From positions 56,048,001 through 56,112,000 of the forward strand of contig OX597814.1 of NCBI GenBank assembly GCA_951406725.2: a stretch of DNA of 64,000 bases, given 5' to 3'. Positions within the stretch are counted from its first letter, which is position 1; every line of letters begins with the position of its first letter. Below are positions 37,604 through 49,500 of this stretch, one piece after another. Below the pieces are notes generated by a model. That model saw nothing but the letters and a program-made list of their open reading frames with translations. It searched no databases and was not told the DNA's origin. A program made the position numbers and the translations under genes. The DNA comes from Octopus vulgaris (lineage: Eukaryota).

Positions 37604-40124
37604 CGCCGATCAATAACTCATCAATGCTGTAGATTGGCTGCAGAAATTTGCTGCTTTAGTTAGAATTTAAGGCGAATAAAATCTGAAGGAATGTCGCAGT
37701 GTTAGTATTGATGTTTCAAATCTTATTTTACTATCTAAACAAAAGAGTAAAAAAATACATATATAATTAAAAAAAATTTTTTAATTAAATATTTAAATAA
37801 ATACAGTGTTTAATTTTATTTCTGTGAATGTTACTTTATTGCTATTTTAAAGAATGTATATCTCTGAAGTATGTGAGAATTGATTTCTTACTTTGAATTT
37901 ATTGGTGCAAAGAGACAAGAATGTATAATGTTTGTTTTTCTCTGTGACTAGTAAAATAAGTAATGTGTCTGGCTTCAGTTGGAATTGAAACCCTTAATCC
38001 TCCAATATGAGCTTGTCTTTACTCAATGGTATAAATAACTGAAAAAAAATTTTTTTCTCTTGTTATGTATATCTTATAAGGATAGATGTTTAATAACACT
38101 GTTACTTTCTAAGATGATTAGTTTTAAATGATAAAATTCTCTTTTATTGTAATTATAACTTATTTTAAATTAAATTAGTTTCTCAAGAATTACTTATTTT
38201 AAACATAAAAAAAAAATATTTATGTGCTTAACTCTCTTGATACCAACCTGCTCAATATTGCTCTATGTCCTAAAGTACAAAACCACTTGTTTGAAAGTAT
38301 TCATATTTAGATTAAAAACTTAGCTAATTATTTTATCTGGAAAGCTTCTTTGTTAAGATATTTTCTTAACATCAGGTTTATAATGTAAAAAGTTTTAAGT
38401 GGCTTGTAATAAATACCATCAAATTCTTTATTTTCAAACTTAGTTGAAAGAGATAGACAGCAAACTAAGTATAAATGCAGCTTATAAAGATGTGAAAAAA
38501 ATCAAAAGGGATAAATTTGTGGGGATTGAACGTTTTTACTATCTTCTCAGTTGTTATAAGTAGAGTGAAGTTGTATGGTATCATATGTGCTTTTTTAACA
38601 CAGAGGACAGGGTGAAAATTCAAGCCCAAATTTTATGTGATTCACCTGTCTGTAAACTAGTTCTGTAGTATTTGGGAAGGAGAAGTAGAAGGGTCACTGT
38701 CAGGGACATTGTTGATGACATTGATCTCTAGCTAGTAATTATCTTCATAGTGCTATCATGGGCATGTGGTCAGGGCAGACATAACGGGTGTTAGTATGAG
38801 ATGAGGTGGGATAACCATATACATATGGTTATCCCACCAAAAGAGAGACCTTTACATTCAGCATAGAAGATAGACAACCAAGATGCTACACTTGTGGCAC
38901 TAAAAGCCATTAAGAGGTTACAGCCATGCCAGCATGGAAAATGGGCATTAAATGATGATGGTGATTATGACACCAAGCATAATTCTTAAGTCAACAAATT
39001 AGATTACCCCATCCACATTGCCAGGAGCAAATCATAAGATCCAACAAACTTCCTCCATCTTACCCAGCCACAACCATTGAAAACAAGGGGCATCACTTAC
39101 AACAGCAACAACAACGTAAGTTAGAGCTAAGTGACATCCTAATTTAGTAGTACTGCTCTATCCACTTGTGAGGATAAGGCCCAAACAAAGGTTGAAGGAG
39201 ATAAGCAGTATCTTTAAAAAAAAATAAGAAAAGAAAAAGACCCGATAGAGAAAACACTAAGCTGGGTACATCTGCTTTGGAGAAATGATACTCTTTACTG
39301 AGAAAGTACTCATATCATATAGAGAGCCATCCTTTGAGGGAGAACCAGCCTCATCCTGCAAAGAAATGAAATTCACAGTCCTTCACAACACTAACAAAAC
39401 ACTAATAAGTCACTTATACTATATTTACAAAGGATTTCCAGATGAAGTATGGATTGAGAAGGAAATGAAATCACATTTTAAACAGCATAAAAATGACAGA
39501 GTACTTGTAAAAACTTAGATAGACTTTAAGAAGTGCAACAGTTCAACAGTCTGTGAAGGACTAGCATCCCATTCAGGGATAATGTGATCTTTGTCACCTA
39601 TACACTGTGGAAACTGAGTAACTGGCTCTATGAGTGTTTTCTATACACTACCTAAATTTAGATATAACAACAACTGAGGTGAGAAAAATGTTCAGTTCTT
39701 AGTTGGGAATTTGTAACTTTGTAAGCTGTGTATATTCTGAATTCTAGCATTCTTTACTGACATCATCAGATTTTCCCTACTTTATATAACTTGCACCAAC
39801 CAGAACAAGTGTAAAATAAATTTTTAGTTTGGAAGATTTATTCCATTAAAATGTAATCTTCTTTGAAAATTGATAATAGTCTTGTGGCCCTCTTAGCCCC
39901 AATCTCTTTTCTATTTTTCTCTCATACACAAGGCAGTAAATTAGCTGTCATTAGAGCAATGGCTAAAATGCCTTGTATTGTTTGTTTTGACTCTCTATGC
40001 TTTCTGTTCAAATCCTAAAGAGGTTAACTTTGCACATTTCTGTAATACTTTTATACAAACAAGAGATAAAAGATTCACATTTGTATGGGCTTAAAGGACA
40101 GAAATTTAGAGTGGAATGTTTTAT

Positions 40125-41388
40125 ATAATCAAACATTTCCTGGACTAGTTCTGTAGCATGCCAGCAGTTGATAGCATAAGGTTGCATGCACATTAAGAGC
40201 TAGCAGTGACCTTCATGACGCAGTGTGCTGAGTGACATTACTGTGTTTACTTTGTAAGTTGTGAAGTTTGTGTTTTTGTGATCACGTGTATACTGCAGTC
40301 TGTAGTTTTTGTCATGGACAGAAAGTTGAAACAAAGAGCCAATGTGAAATTTTGCATTAAACTTGAGAAGTCTGCTACAGAGACATTGAGCATGCTTTGG
40401 CAAGCTTACAGTGATGAGGCAATGGGTTGCATGCAATGTTTCAAGTGGCATGGGTGCTTCAAAAGCAGAAAAAAATCTCTGGAAGACGATGAGTGATCTG
40501 GAAGACCTGCTGTGAGCATTACTCCCAAAGAAAATTCATCAGCTTGTGCGTGAGGAATGTTGAAGGACAATCAACAAAATTGGTGATGTTGTTGGTCTGT
40601 AGTATGGGTTCATACAGGCAATCCTAATGTCTGAATTGAATATGTGGTGTGCCTCTGCTAAGTTTGTCTCTCACCTGCTGACCACTAAGCAGAAAGTACT
40701 TCACGTCAGAGTCTGTCAAGATCTTCATCAGCATGCCATTGATGACCCATCCTTCATGTCTAGGATCATCACTGGATTTTCGTAAATGACCCTGAGACAA
40801 AGAAACAGTTGTCACAATGGAAGAGGCTTTCATCTCTATGACTGAAGGAAGCACAACAGAGCTGCAGCTCAATCAAGTTCACGCTCATCAGTTTTTTGAC
40901 ATTGATGGCATTGTGCATCAAGAATTCATCCCCCAGGGCCTGAAGCATTTGAGGGAGGGCATTCAGCGAAAGTCACAGGGTCTGTTGAGTGAGAAGAATT
41001 GGATTCTTCATGATGACAATGCACCCTGTCACCAAGCTTTCCTCACCCATGAGTTTCTTACTGAAAAAAAAACATGGTATTGCTTCTTCACCTACCCTAT
41101 TCACCAGATTTAGCACCTGAAGACTTCAGTTTCTTCCCCAAGATGAAAATGAAGCTCAAAGGTCACTGTGTTGACACCATTATTGAGATCGAGGGTGAAT
41201 TGCAGAAGGTCCTTGGCTCGCTTATGGAAAACAACTAACTGGTCCGATTCAAAAAGTGCAGGAATGCTGGGACTGGTGTATTGCTTTGCAAGGGGACTAT
41301 TTTGAAGGAGATGATGTTAAAACTTAAGTAAATAGGTTTTTTTTTTTATTAAACATAACTAGTCCCGGAACTTTTGGATACCACCTTG
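40125..41388 (+). mobile_element. Decayed mariner transposon (second family)
   Basis: QRANVKFCIKLEKSATETL..., FFDIDGIVHQEFIPQG, WILHDDNAPCH, YSPDLAPEDF across frames; right TIR ACTAGTCCCGGAACTTTTGGATACCACCTTG|TA, left TIR partly eroded. Confidence 0.9.
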
Positions 41389-41731
41389 TACTTTATTTGT
41401 AGCTAAAAGGAAAAACGTTATTTGTGGTTAGAAATCTGAAATATATATCAGTTAGATTATGTTATTTTGTTATGAACAAGTCAAACTACCTAAATGAGTC
41501 AAACTGTTTAAAATAGTTCATCTCCCTTAGATCCTAAAAGAAAATCATTGTTTTAATCTATTATTTAATTCAGATCAAATCCTGAAGTTGTGAAATTAAG
41601 TTGTTGACCAACTTATCGAAAAACCCTCTGTTGAACATTTGTTACACCCATTATATGATATTACTAAGTAAGATATTTTGATTTTGGATTTGGTTTGCAA
41701 ATTTTTTTATATGAGATTGTGTGTTGAAGTA

Positions 41732-41950
41732 TATTTTGTTGTGTCTGGGGAGAGTCATTTTCTTTTTGTGCCATATAATTTAACACACTCACCAGTAAAA
41801 TTTCCACTTATTTCTTATTCCAAAAAGGCTACAAGACATAACGAAAATTTTAGGAAAATAAAAATAAGAAATAAGTGGAAATTTTACTGGTGAGTGTGTT
41901 AAATTATAAGGCACAAGAAGAAAATGACTCTCCCCAGACACAACAGAATA
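41732..41950. repeat. Foldback / MITE-like long inverted repeat
   Basis: Arms 41732-41819 and 41863-41950 (88 bp each, about three mismatches) with a 43-nt spacer. Confidence 0.9.
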
Positions 41951-44227
41951 AGTAAGATATGTTCACCAGTTTCCACATTGTATAAGTGACCAAGAGTACA
42001 ATACTTCTCACTTTTTGAGATACTACTCCATTGCAGGATTAATAACCAGCTGTTGCTAATACTCATTTTCAGCTGACTGGATTGAAACAGCATAAAATAA
42101 ATCATTTTACTCAAGAACACTAAGCACTGATTGATCTTGGAGCATTAAATAGCTAACTTGCAATAATTATGAAATAAGAAAAAACAACAAAATAATATTA
42201 GGTGTTAGTTAATGATATTTTAATTATTGCAGGAAGTATAGGAGGTAACTTTGAGTATATTTTGGTCATGGTCCTTGCATCAAATGTATTAAATCTAACT
42301 CAACTATTGTTTTGCATGCAAGTAGCATTTCTGAAAATATTTTGCTCTCTCTAAATAATTCTATTTTCTTATACCAACAACTGTGCAATGCAATCCTGCA
42401 CATTTACTTAGTGATCCTCCTGTTACTACTTTATCAAATATAGTGAAGTATATGCTTTGCTGAGGAGGTCATTATGTGTTTCAAAGTTGTCTCATGTTCT
42501 TGTAAAAATAATAAAAATAATATTAGTCATGACTAATATTATTTTCCCTTTCAATGCATAAGTCTTCCTAATAACCTTTTTAAATGATAATAAGGATGAT
42601 GGGGAGGGGGAGGAGGGTGGTGACAATGACCATGACTATTTAATGTTCACTTTTTCATGCTTACATGGATCAGATGGAATTTGTTGTGAAAAATTTTCTG
42701 TGATTGGAAGTCCTTCCTGTCACCAACCTCCCCCTGTCTCAGGCCAGGTATGTATTTCCATGGAAGATTGGAAATGAGCAATATCACTGTATTAAAAACG
42801 TTAGCACTAATTTTACTGTTGTTTATCAGGATAATAGCATCTCTGAATGAAAACTTAAATGCTAATTTCATTTCATGGTTAAATAGTTAGCTTTAGGAAG
42901 TACGTATAGCTGTGAATATTTTCTGACAGTTCATATGCAAATATTGAAATGGTAAAGATCCACTCAGTGTATGCTGTGGTGTGAGGTAAAGAATTTAAAA
43001 CTTCAAAAAATATAAACTAAGTCATTAAGATAATCATATTATTAATGAAAATAATTTAAATTCTGCTGAGGTCGACTTTTTCTTTCATCCCTTCAGAGTT
43101 GATAAAGTAAGTATCAGTTGAGCACTGGAATCAGTTAATCGACTTACCCACTACCCGAAATTGCTGGCCTTGTGGCAAATATTTAAAATCAATATTAGTG
43201 ACAGGAATGTTAATGAAGACATGACAGTAAGGGTGACAATGACAATGACGGTGATAATGATGATTATGATGGCAAAAAGGCAACAACAATTGTGGTGACA
43301 ATGCTTATGAAAATAAAACATAACTGATCATAATTTATAAACTATTCCTGTGATTATATCCTTACTGTGTGTGGCCAATGATGATGGTGGTGTGGAAGGG
43401 ACATTTGGTTTTGTTTTTAGTTTTGGAAGATTCTCCTAAAGGCTTTCCTTTTTGTGTACCTCTTACAAGCTTCTGTATGTACTTCTCTCTGATTAAAAAT
43501 GTGTAATAATTAATTTTGTTTGTGCAAAATGTTTAACTGTTGGCAATAAATTATTTCATATTCTATGTAATCAGGTTTATCCATACATTAAACTTTGGGG
43601 ATCTTGTTATGTAATGCAAGAGGAGTAACTCAGATTAATGTGAAGCTATCCAATAAGGAGTTAGATATTTATGTATTTAATTCAAGGCTGAAAATGTTGA
43701 TGCTTCTGTAGTGCAGTATGTCTATGGTTTCATTTCTGCTATATTGCTTTTCCACATTCAAATTGTATGATTAAAATATATACCAATTAATTTTGTTTCT
43801 ATTATGATCTTAACTAATGATAATTTTTATACATACACACACACACCAACCACTTGTATACTAAAACTTTTGTTGCATTAGTTAATTTATATCAGTAATT
43901 GCAAATTAAGAACTAAACTGATAGTAAGCACTTCTGTCAATTGTAATTCCTTAAACACTAACTCATACTTTTAAACATGTTCTGCTTCCTTTGCTCTGTC
44001 ATATATCTGAGTTGATTTTTGTAAAAGACCTTGTCACCAAAAATGATATAGATTTAACCACCAACCACTTCAAACTCAGACTCAGTCATCACAACCACAC
44101 CTTTAGAAATCCAGTTAGCAAAATTCTCACTATTTATAGTCTTTTAACCAAAAATAAAAGACATCAAAAACTATTTTGGGATTTTATTGGCATCAGGCTT
44201 TCCTATTTCTAATTATCAAGGATTCGC

Positions 44228-44460
44228 AATCTGTGTCCTGCAGAAACAATACTTTTCACTTGGAAACACAAAAATAAATTCTTTATAAGAAATTATATAA
44301 ACGCAAACGGAAAAGATGTACATCATATAGTTGTTACCTTCTAACTCACAATCTATGTGTCACAGAAATGATACTTTTCTCTTAGAAACACAAAAATAAA
44401 TTCTTTGTAAGAAATTATATAGATTCAAATGGAAAAGATGTACACCATGTAGTTGCTGCT
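44228..44460. repeat. Two-copy ~122-bp tandem duplication, diverged
   Basis: GAAACACAAAAATAAATTCTTT...GGAAAAGATGTACA occurs twice at 122-bp spacing. Confidence 0.85.
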
Positions 44461-46166
44461 CTCTGGCCTTAAAAACCTCACTTCTTTTAACGCAGTCGCA
44501 TGCTCCCTGCATTCTTATCTGCTGTCTCATTCTGACACATGTTAAGGACATAGTACCTAGAACTGACAACAATATAACTGTCATTCACTGATTGATTCAA
44601 CCAATTGCAGCACTAATTGTTTCCAAAAGTTTTCTCTGTCTCCATCACCCTGTGCCACTCTACTGTCCAGTCAGTCAGTCAGTCAGTGGAATATTGGTTC
44701 TTTGTATTTGCCTGACATTTAAAAGTGAGAAACTTTAAGTAGTAAATTCTGAATAATATCTAAATTCTGTAACCATGTATTGAGTTCTCGCTCAGTTGTA
44801 TAAACATGATCATGTTTATATATATATGACAGCAGTGTTATAAGCATCACTTGTAATATAATGCAATATTATATCTTCATTTGTAATGTTGTCACAATGA
44901 AATACACGAACATACGCACACACACATTTATAAATATGTATATATGTGTGTGTGTATGAGAGAGAGAAAGAGAGAGAGAGAGAGAGGTGTATAATATCTT
45001 GTTATAACAACACTGGAACATAAGATATTAAGTTATATAGTGAGTGTTATTAATAACGTGGCTGTCATAAATTTCTATTTGTTTTCTGTGAAGTTTTTCC
45101 CATTTGCAGAGTTTGTGCTTCAATATTTATATAAAAGAAAAAAAATGGGGACTAGTTCTTATTTAAACAGTTGTGTGTAGTTGTGCATGTGTCCATGTGC
45201 TTGTGAGTGTTTGTGTGTTGTGTGATTGCATGCATGAGTGAGTGAGTATTTGTGCAAGTGTATGTGTGATTTTGATGAGCTTCCTTTACTAGTGACATTC
45301 ATAGAACATCACATGATTTTTTTCCCCTCATGCAACCTTTAGTGTCTATTTCAACTGTAAATTATTTGCTTTTTCTAATCTTTTAGTGTTTCACTGGTTT
45401 CAGTTATTAGACTGCAGCATTGCCTTCAAGGATTATTAGTTGATCATAGTTTACTCTTGTACTTATATATCATTTCCTACATATCAAATTACTAAGTTAC
45501 AGAAACAATAAAAGCAGCAACACTGGCTTTATTTCAACCAATGCAAATATAAATTACACACACGTGTGTGTATATATACATGTCGGTGTGTGCATGTGTG
45601 CTTGTGCATATATATGTATGTATACACAGGCTTTTGTAGTTTCTGCCTATCAAATTTCACTAACAGGCGTTGGTCAACACAAGGCTATTGCAAGAAGGCA
45701 CTTGCTTAAGGTGCTACACAGTAGGATCGACCCTAAAACCATGTAGTTGCAAGCAAATTTCTCATCTACAAGGCCATGCTGAAGCCTAATGAATTCATTT
45801 AATTGTTTAAAATCCTAATTTGATTTGAAAACTCTGTGTGAATGGTTATTTATGGGTTGTGTAATAAGTTTGAATATGCTGTGGTGTGAGAAAATCAATA
45901 ATGGCCTGCGAAGATTTCTTATACCAAAAAGCAGTGTTTGATCTCATTCAGTAGTTGACCCACTTTGTGCAAAAATTCTTATTGGTGATAGATATTAACG
46001 GAAAAAAAATATAAAAACCTCTCTCTGTGAAGAAAAACCATAATTTGTTTCAGGCCATTAAATAATAGCATTTTGTGAAACTAGATTAGTAGAACATATA
46101 AATTCTTATTTAGTTAGTGTTGTGTATGTATGCATGGGCATACAATGTGTGTATTTATTTATTTAG

Positions 46167-46204
<38 letters not shown>

Positions 46205-48899
46205 TGTATGTATGTGTGCATGCATGTGCATGTGTATACATATATGTGCATGTAGTGTGTGTGTGTAAATTTTGAGCATACTAAATCATTGCATTATTAT
46301 TACACTGTTGGAGAAGGTATGTAAATTTCAATTTAAGAAATCCTTCAGTTTGTGAAGATGAAAAGGAAATTAAGGTTTATTGATTGCTAAATACAAAAGA
46401 GAGATTTTTCTCACTTAGTTTACAATGACAGTCCAGTAAAACCTGTTTCAAACAGTGTTGCCTTCAGTTTTCTGTTTGATTACTTTTGCAGTTTGTCTTG
46501 CTAAGAGCCAATAAAATATATCTGTTCAAAGTTACTTTACTAGTGATACTCAATTTTAGATTAAATCTGTTCAGTGGCTAAAACAATAGAATGCAAGACT
46601 AGATTAAATGTCTTGTAATATTTGGCTTCATTTAAGTTTTGCGTTCAAGTTTTCTGCCAGTGTTGTATTTCATCCTTGCATGGTTAATAAAACAAGTGTC
46701 CGATACCATACTGGAGGCAATGATAGGAGTAATCATCTTTTCTCTTCTGGACAACTTTGTTAGCCTTGTGGCAAAGTGGAAATCTGTATTCAGTTTCATA
46801 TTGACTACTAAAGGAATCATCATTTATTGATTTTAAGATATAATCAATAAATATAGTGTTTGAATACCATTCTATAATATTCACTTTCTTTTATTTGTTA
46901 GCATTTTGACAGTTATTTGATTTAGGGTGAAAAAAAATCAAATATATCAATAGAATTGTAGTGACAGAGGAAAACATTGTATATTCTTGATAGAAAATCT
47001 GTATAACCAGTAAGAGATTTTGATTCAATGTTGGATGATATATTAACAGCTTAATTGTAAAAAGCTTCAACTAGAATTTGTCAAATCTGTTAGTTTTTGA
47101 AATCACAAAATCAACTCTTCAGCTCAAGGCATGTTTTTGAAATACAACATATAATTGGTAAAAATAATAATTTTTATGTGTCACTTCTGTAATATGAAAT
47201 TATGCAAAAATATTGATGTTTGTGATCTCTGACATTTATACTGAAACTGAATTTGTAGGAGTTCTGTCACCTTATATGTATGATACATCTAAAAGAGGGT
47301 TGGTAAAAGAAACCCTGGCTTTGATGAGGCTCTGATCAATTTAGATGAACTATAAGATCAACTATTGCTAATTAGCAACTGCCCTCAGGACAGCTGGTTT
47401 TTTGAAAGGCTAGGTTGCTTCAGTGTTCAATGACAAACATCCTAGTGATCAGATTAAATGGTCACCTATTGGATCATTTTGAATCACATGCTCAGTCCAT
47501 CGAGTGTGACCACTCACATTGACTTTTGTATATTCTGCATATTTGTATACACTGATTAGTCACAATTGTGGAAGTTAGAGGTGTTGAAAGATGTTTGTTC
47601 AAAGTAGGATATAAAAGAGTTATGTCAGCACACTTGGCAAACATAATTGTAATGGTGTTGAATAATATGGAGATCAAGATGATTGATACTGTTGTAAAGA
47701 GATATAAGGCAGTAACAGGGTAAAGATTAACCTGAACAAGCCAGAGAGTTCATAGATTGGCATATAGGTAGTAATATGGCATGCTGGACAGGTGGAACAG
47801 TCAAGTTGCTTGAGATTTCGTTCAGTGTACTCCTACAGGTTAATAGGAACTGGGGTGAGGTTATAGCAACGTGGTCAGTCTCATTCAGAAATGGACTGAG
47901 AGAAAGCTATTCCTGAAAGCTTGGGCAGAAGTGGCACATGTATATGTCATCTCTGTTATTCACAAATTTAATATATAGGTATTAATGACCTGTACAATTA
48001 TATGAAACAATTGTTGTGGAATATAGAGCAACCAACAAGGGCAGGCATTTTTCTTCTTTTTTGGTAATTATGATAGATGAAGTTGTGTGGTGGAGAAAAC
48101 TGAAGGCCAACACTTTGCTTTTTTTGTTAAGCTCTCATAGACTTTTTCAAGTTTCACATGGAAAAGAAAGTAAGATTGGATAAAGAAGTGCTCTCCCTGT
48201 AAATTTGTTTAAATGTGAAAGACAGTAGCAAATTTGGCACAAGTGAATGGTTCTACTCTAAGCATGTGCTTTGGACCAGAAAATGATATTTGGTAGAAAG
48301 TACCTTACTTTGGTAATCAGCTTAATCCTAGATGTGTGAGGTCCCTTGACTCTAGGAGGTGATTTTTCCTCTCTAAGGACTATATCACATATTTGTATAC
48401 ATTGTGCAAAATTTGTTCATCTTCATCAATTTTATTTCTCACTATGCAAAACCCCACAATTTTTGTAATTTGCATTTGCAATGTCATCTTCATTCTGAAT
48501 TCAAATCCTATTGAGTGATGTATTTCATCCTCCTGAAGTTTGATAAATTAAGTACCAGTCAAATACTGAGATCAGTACAAACAACTGACCCCCCCCCTCT
48601 CAATTTGCTGCATATTGATGTTGTTGCTAAGCCTGTGTAAGCTTGGCTGCAAATCTACAAAGATGTTCTGGTAATGATCAGTGTCCTTCTTTCAGACACT
48701 ATACATCTAGAACTACATTATCCAATATATCTTTCTCTTCTCATGACAATGTGGTATAACAATAAGAAATATTTAGCTGCTCTTTCTTGCCAGTTGAATA
48801 AATTTCTATCAAATTTTCTCATTTCTCCTCATAACCAGTTTTTATTTCAGTTTTTGCTTTTGATTTATTGGCTTCCTTGAAGATAGAAAATTGTTACTT

Positions 48900-49500
48900 T
48901 TTGTACAAGTTTTGCAGCAATTTGTGTTATTTTCCTCTTATTCTTTACTAAATATGTTTTGTAGTCCTACAGTAGATGCATCATGTTAATTTTCTAGTTG
49001 CAGCTATCTTTCTGTAGTTGTGGTAAATATAATTTTTTCTGTATCAGATTTTGGGTGGGTAGCCTATTCTGAATGTCGTCATTATTTTCCTTGTTTTCAT
49101 GTCTAGTCATGTTGATTCACCTAGCATATAGTTGGGATTATCATAACAATGACTTAATACTGAGATAGCAAGAGTATTGATGTTTTTGCGTCTAACTGTG
49201 TTTTAATGCATCTACATTGTCCTTCTCCACTTTTACTTTCATTTGTGTGTATTATATTCCATCTCATTCATTAATTCTTAAGTATTTGTAAATCTGTATT
49301 TGATATTCTTTTATCTTTGTTTCTTTATTTAACACTATATTATCGATCTTCATCTTTCAAATTTACTGTACCTCATTTCTCTAAACTGAATTTCATATTA
49401 GTTCTTTTAGTGAATCTTTGTGTAAGCCTTTTAAACAGTGTTTCCAGTTGTTTATCACCTGTGAAGTACAGCTTGAGACCATTTATATTTTTTAAAATGG
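48900..49500 (-). mobile_element. Decayed R4/Dong-like non-LTR retrotransposon fragment
   Basis: Minus-strand pieces YKYL, INTLAISVLS, DMKTRKIMT and HPKSDTE resemble the post-RT region of R4-clade elements; heavily interrupted. Confidence 0.55.

Noticed and set aside
42232-42243. Possible 12-nt phase-1 micro-exon (cag|GAAGTATAGGAG|gtaact) after FAM20B ELG
   Set aside because: Weak polypyrimidine tract and no supporting homology; likely chance.
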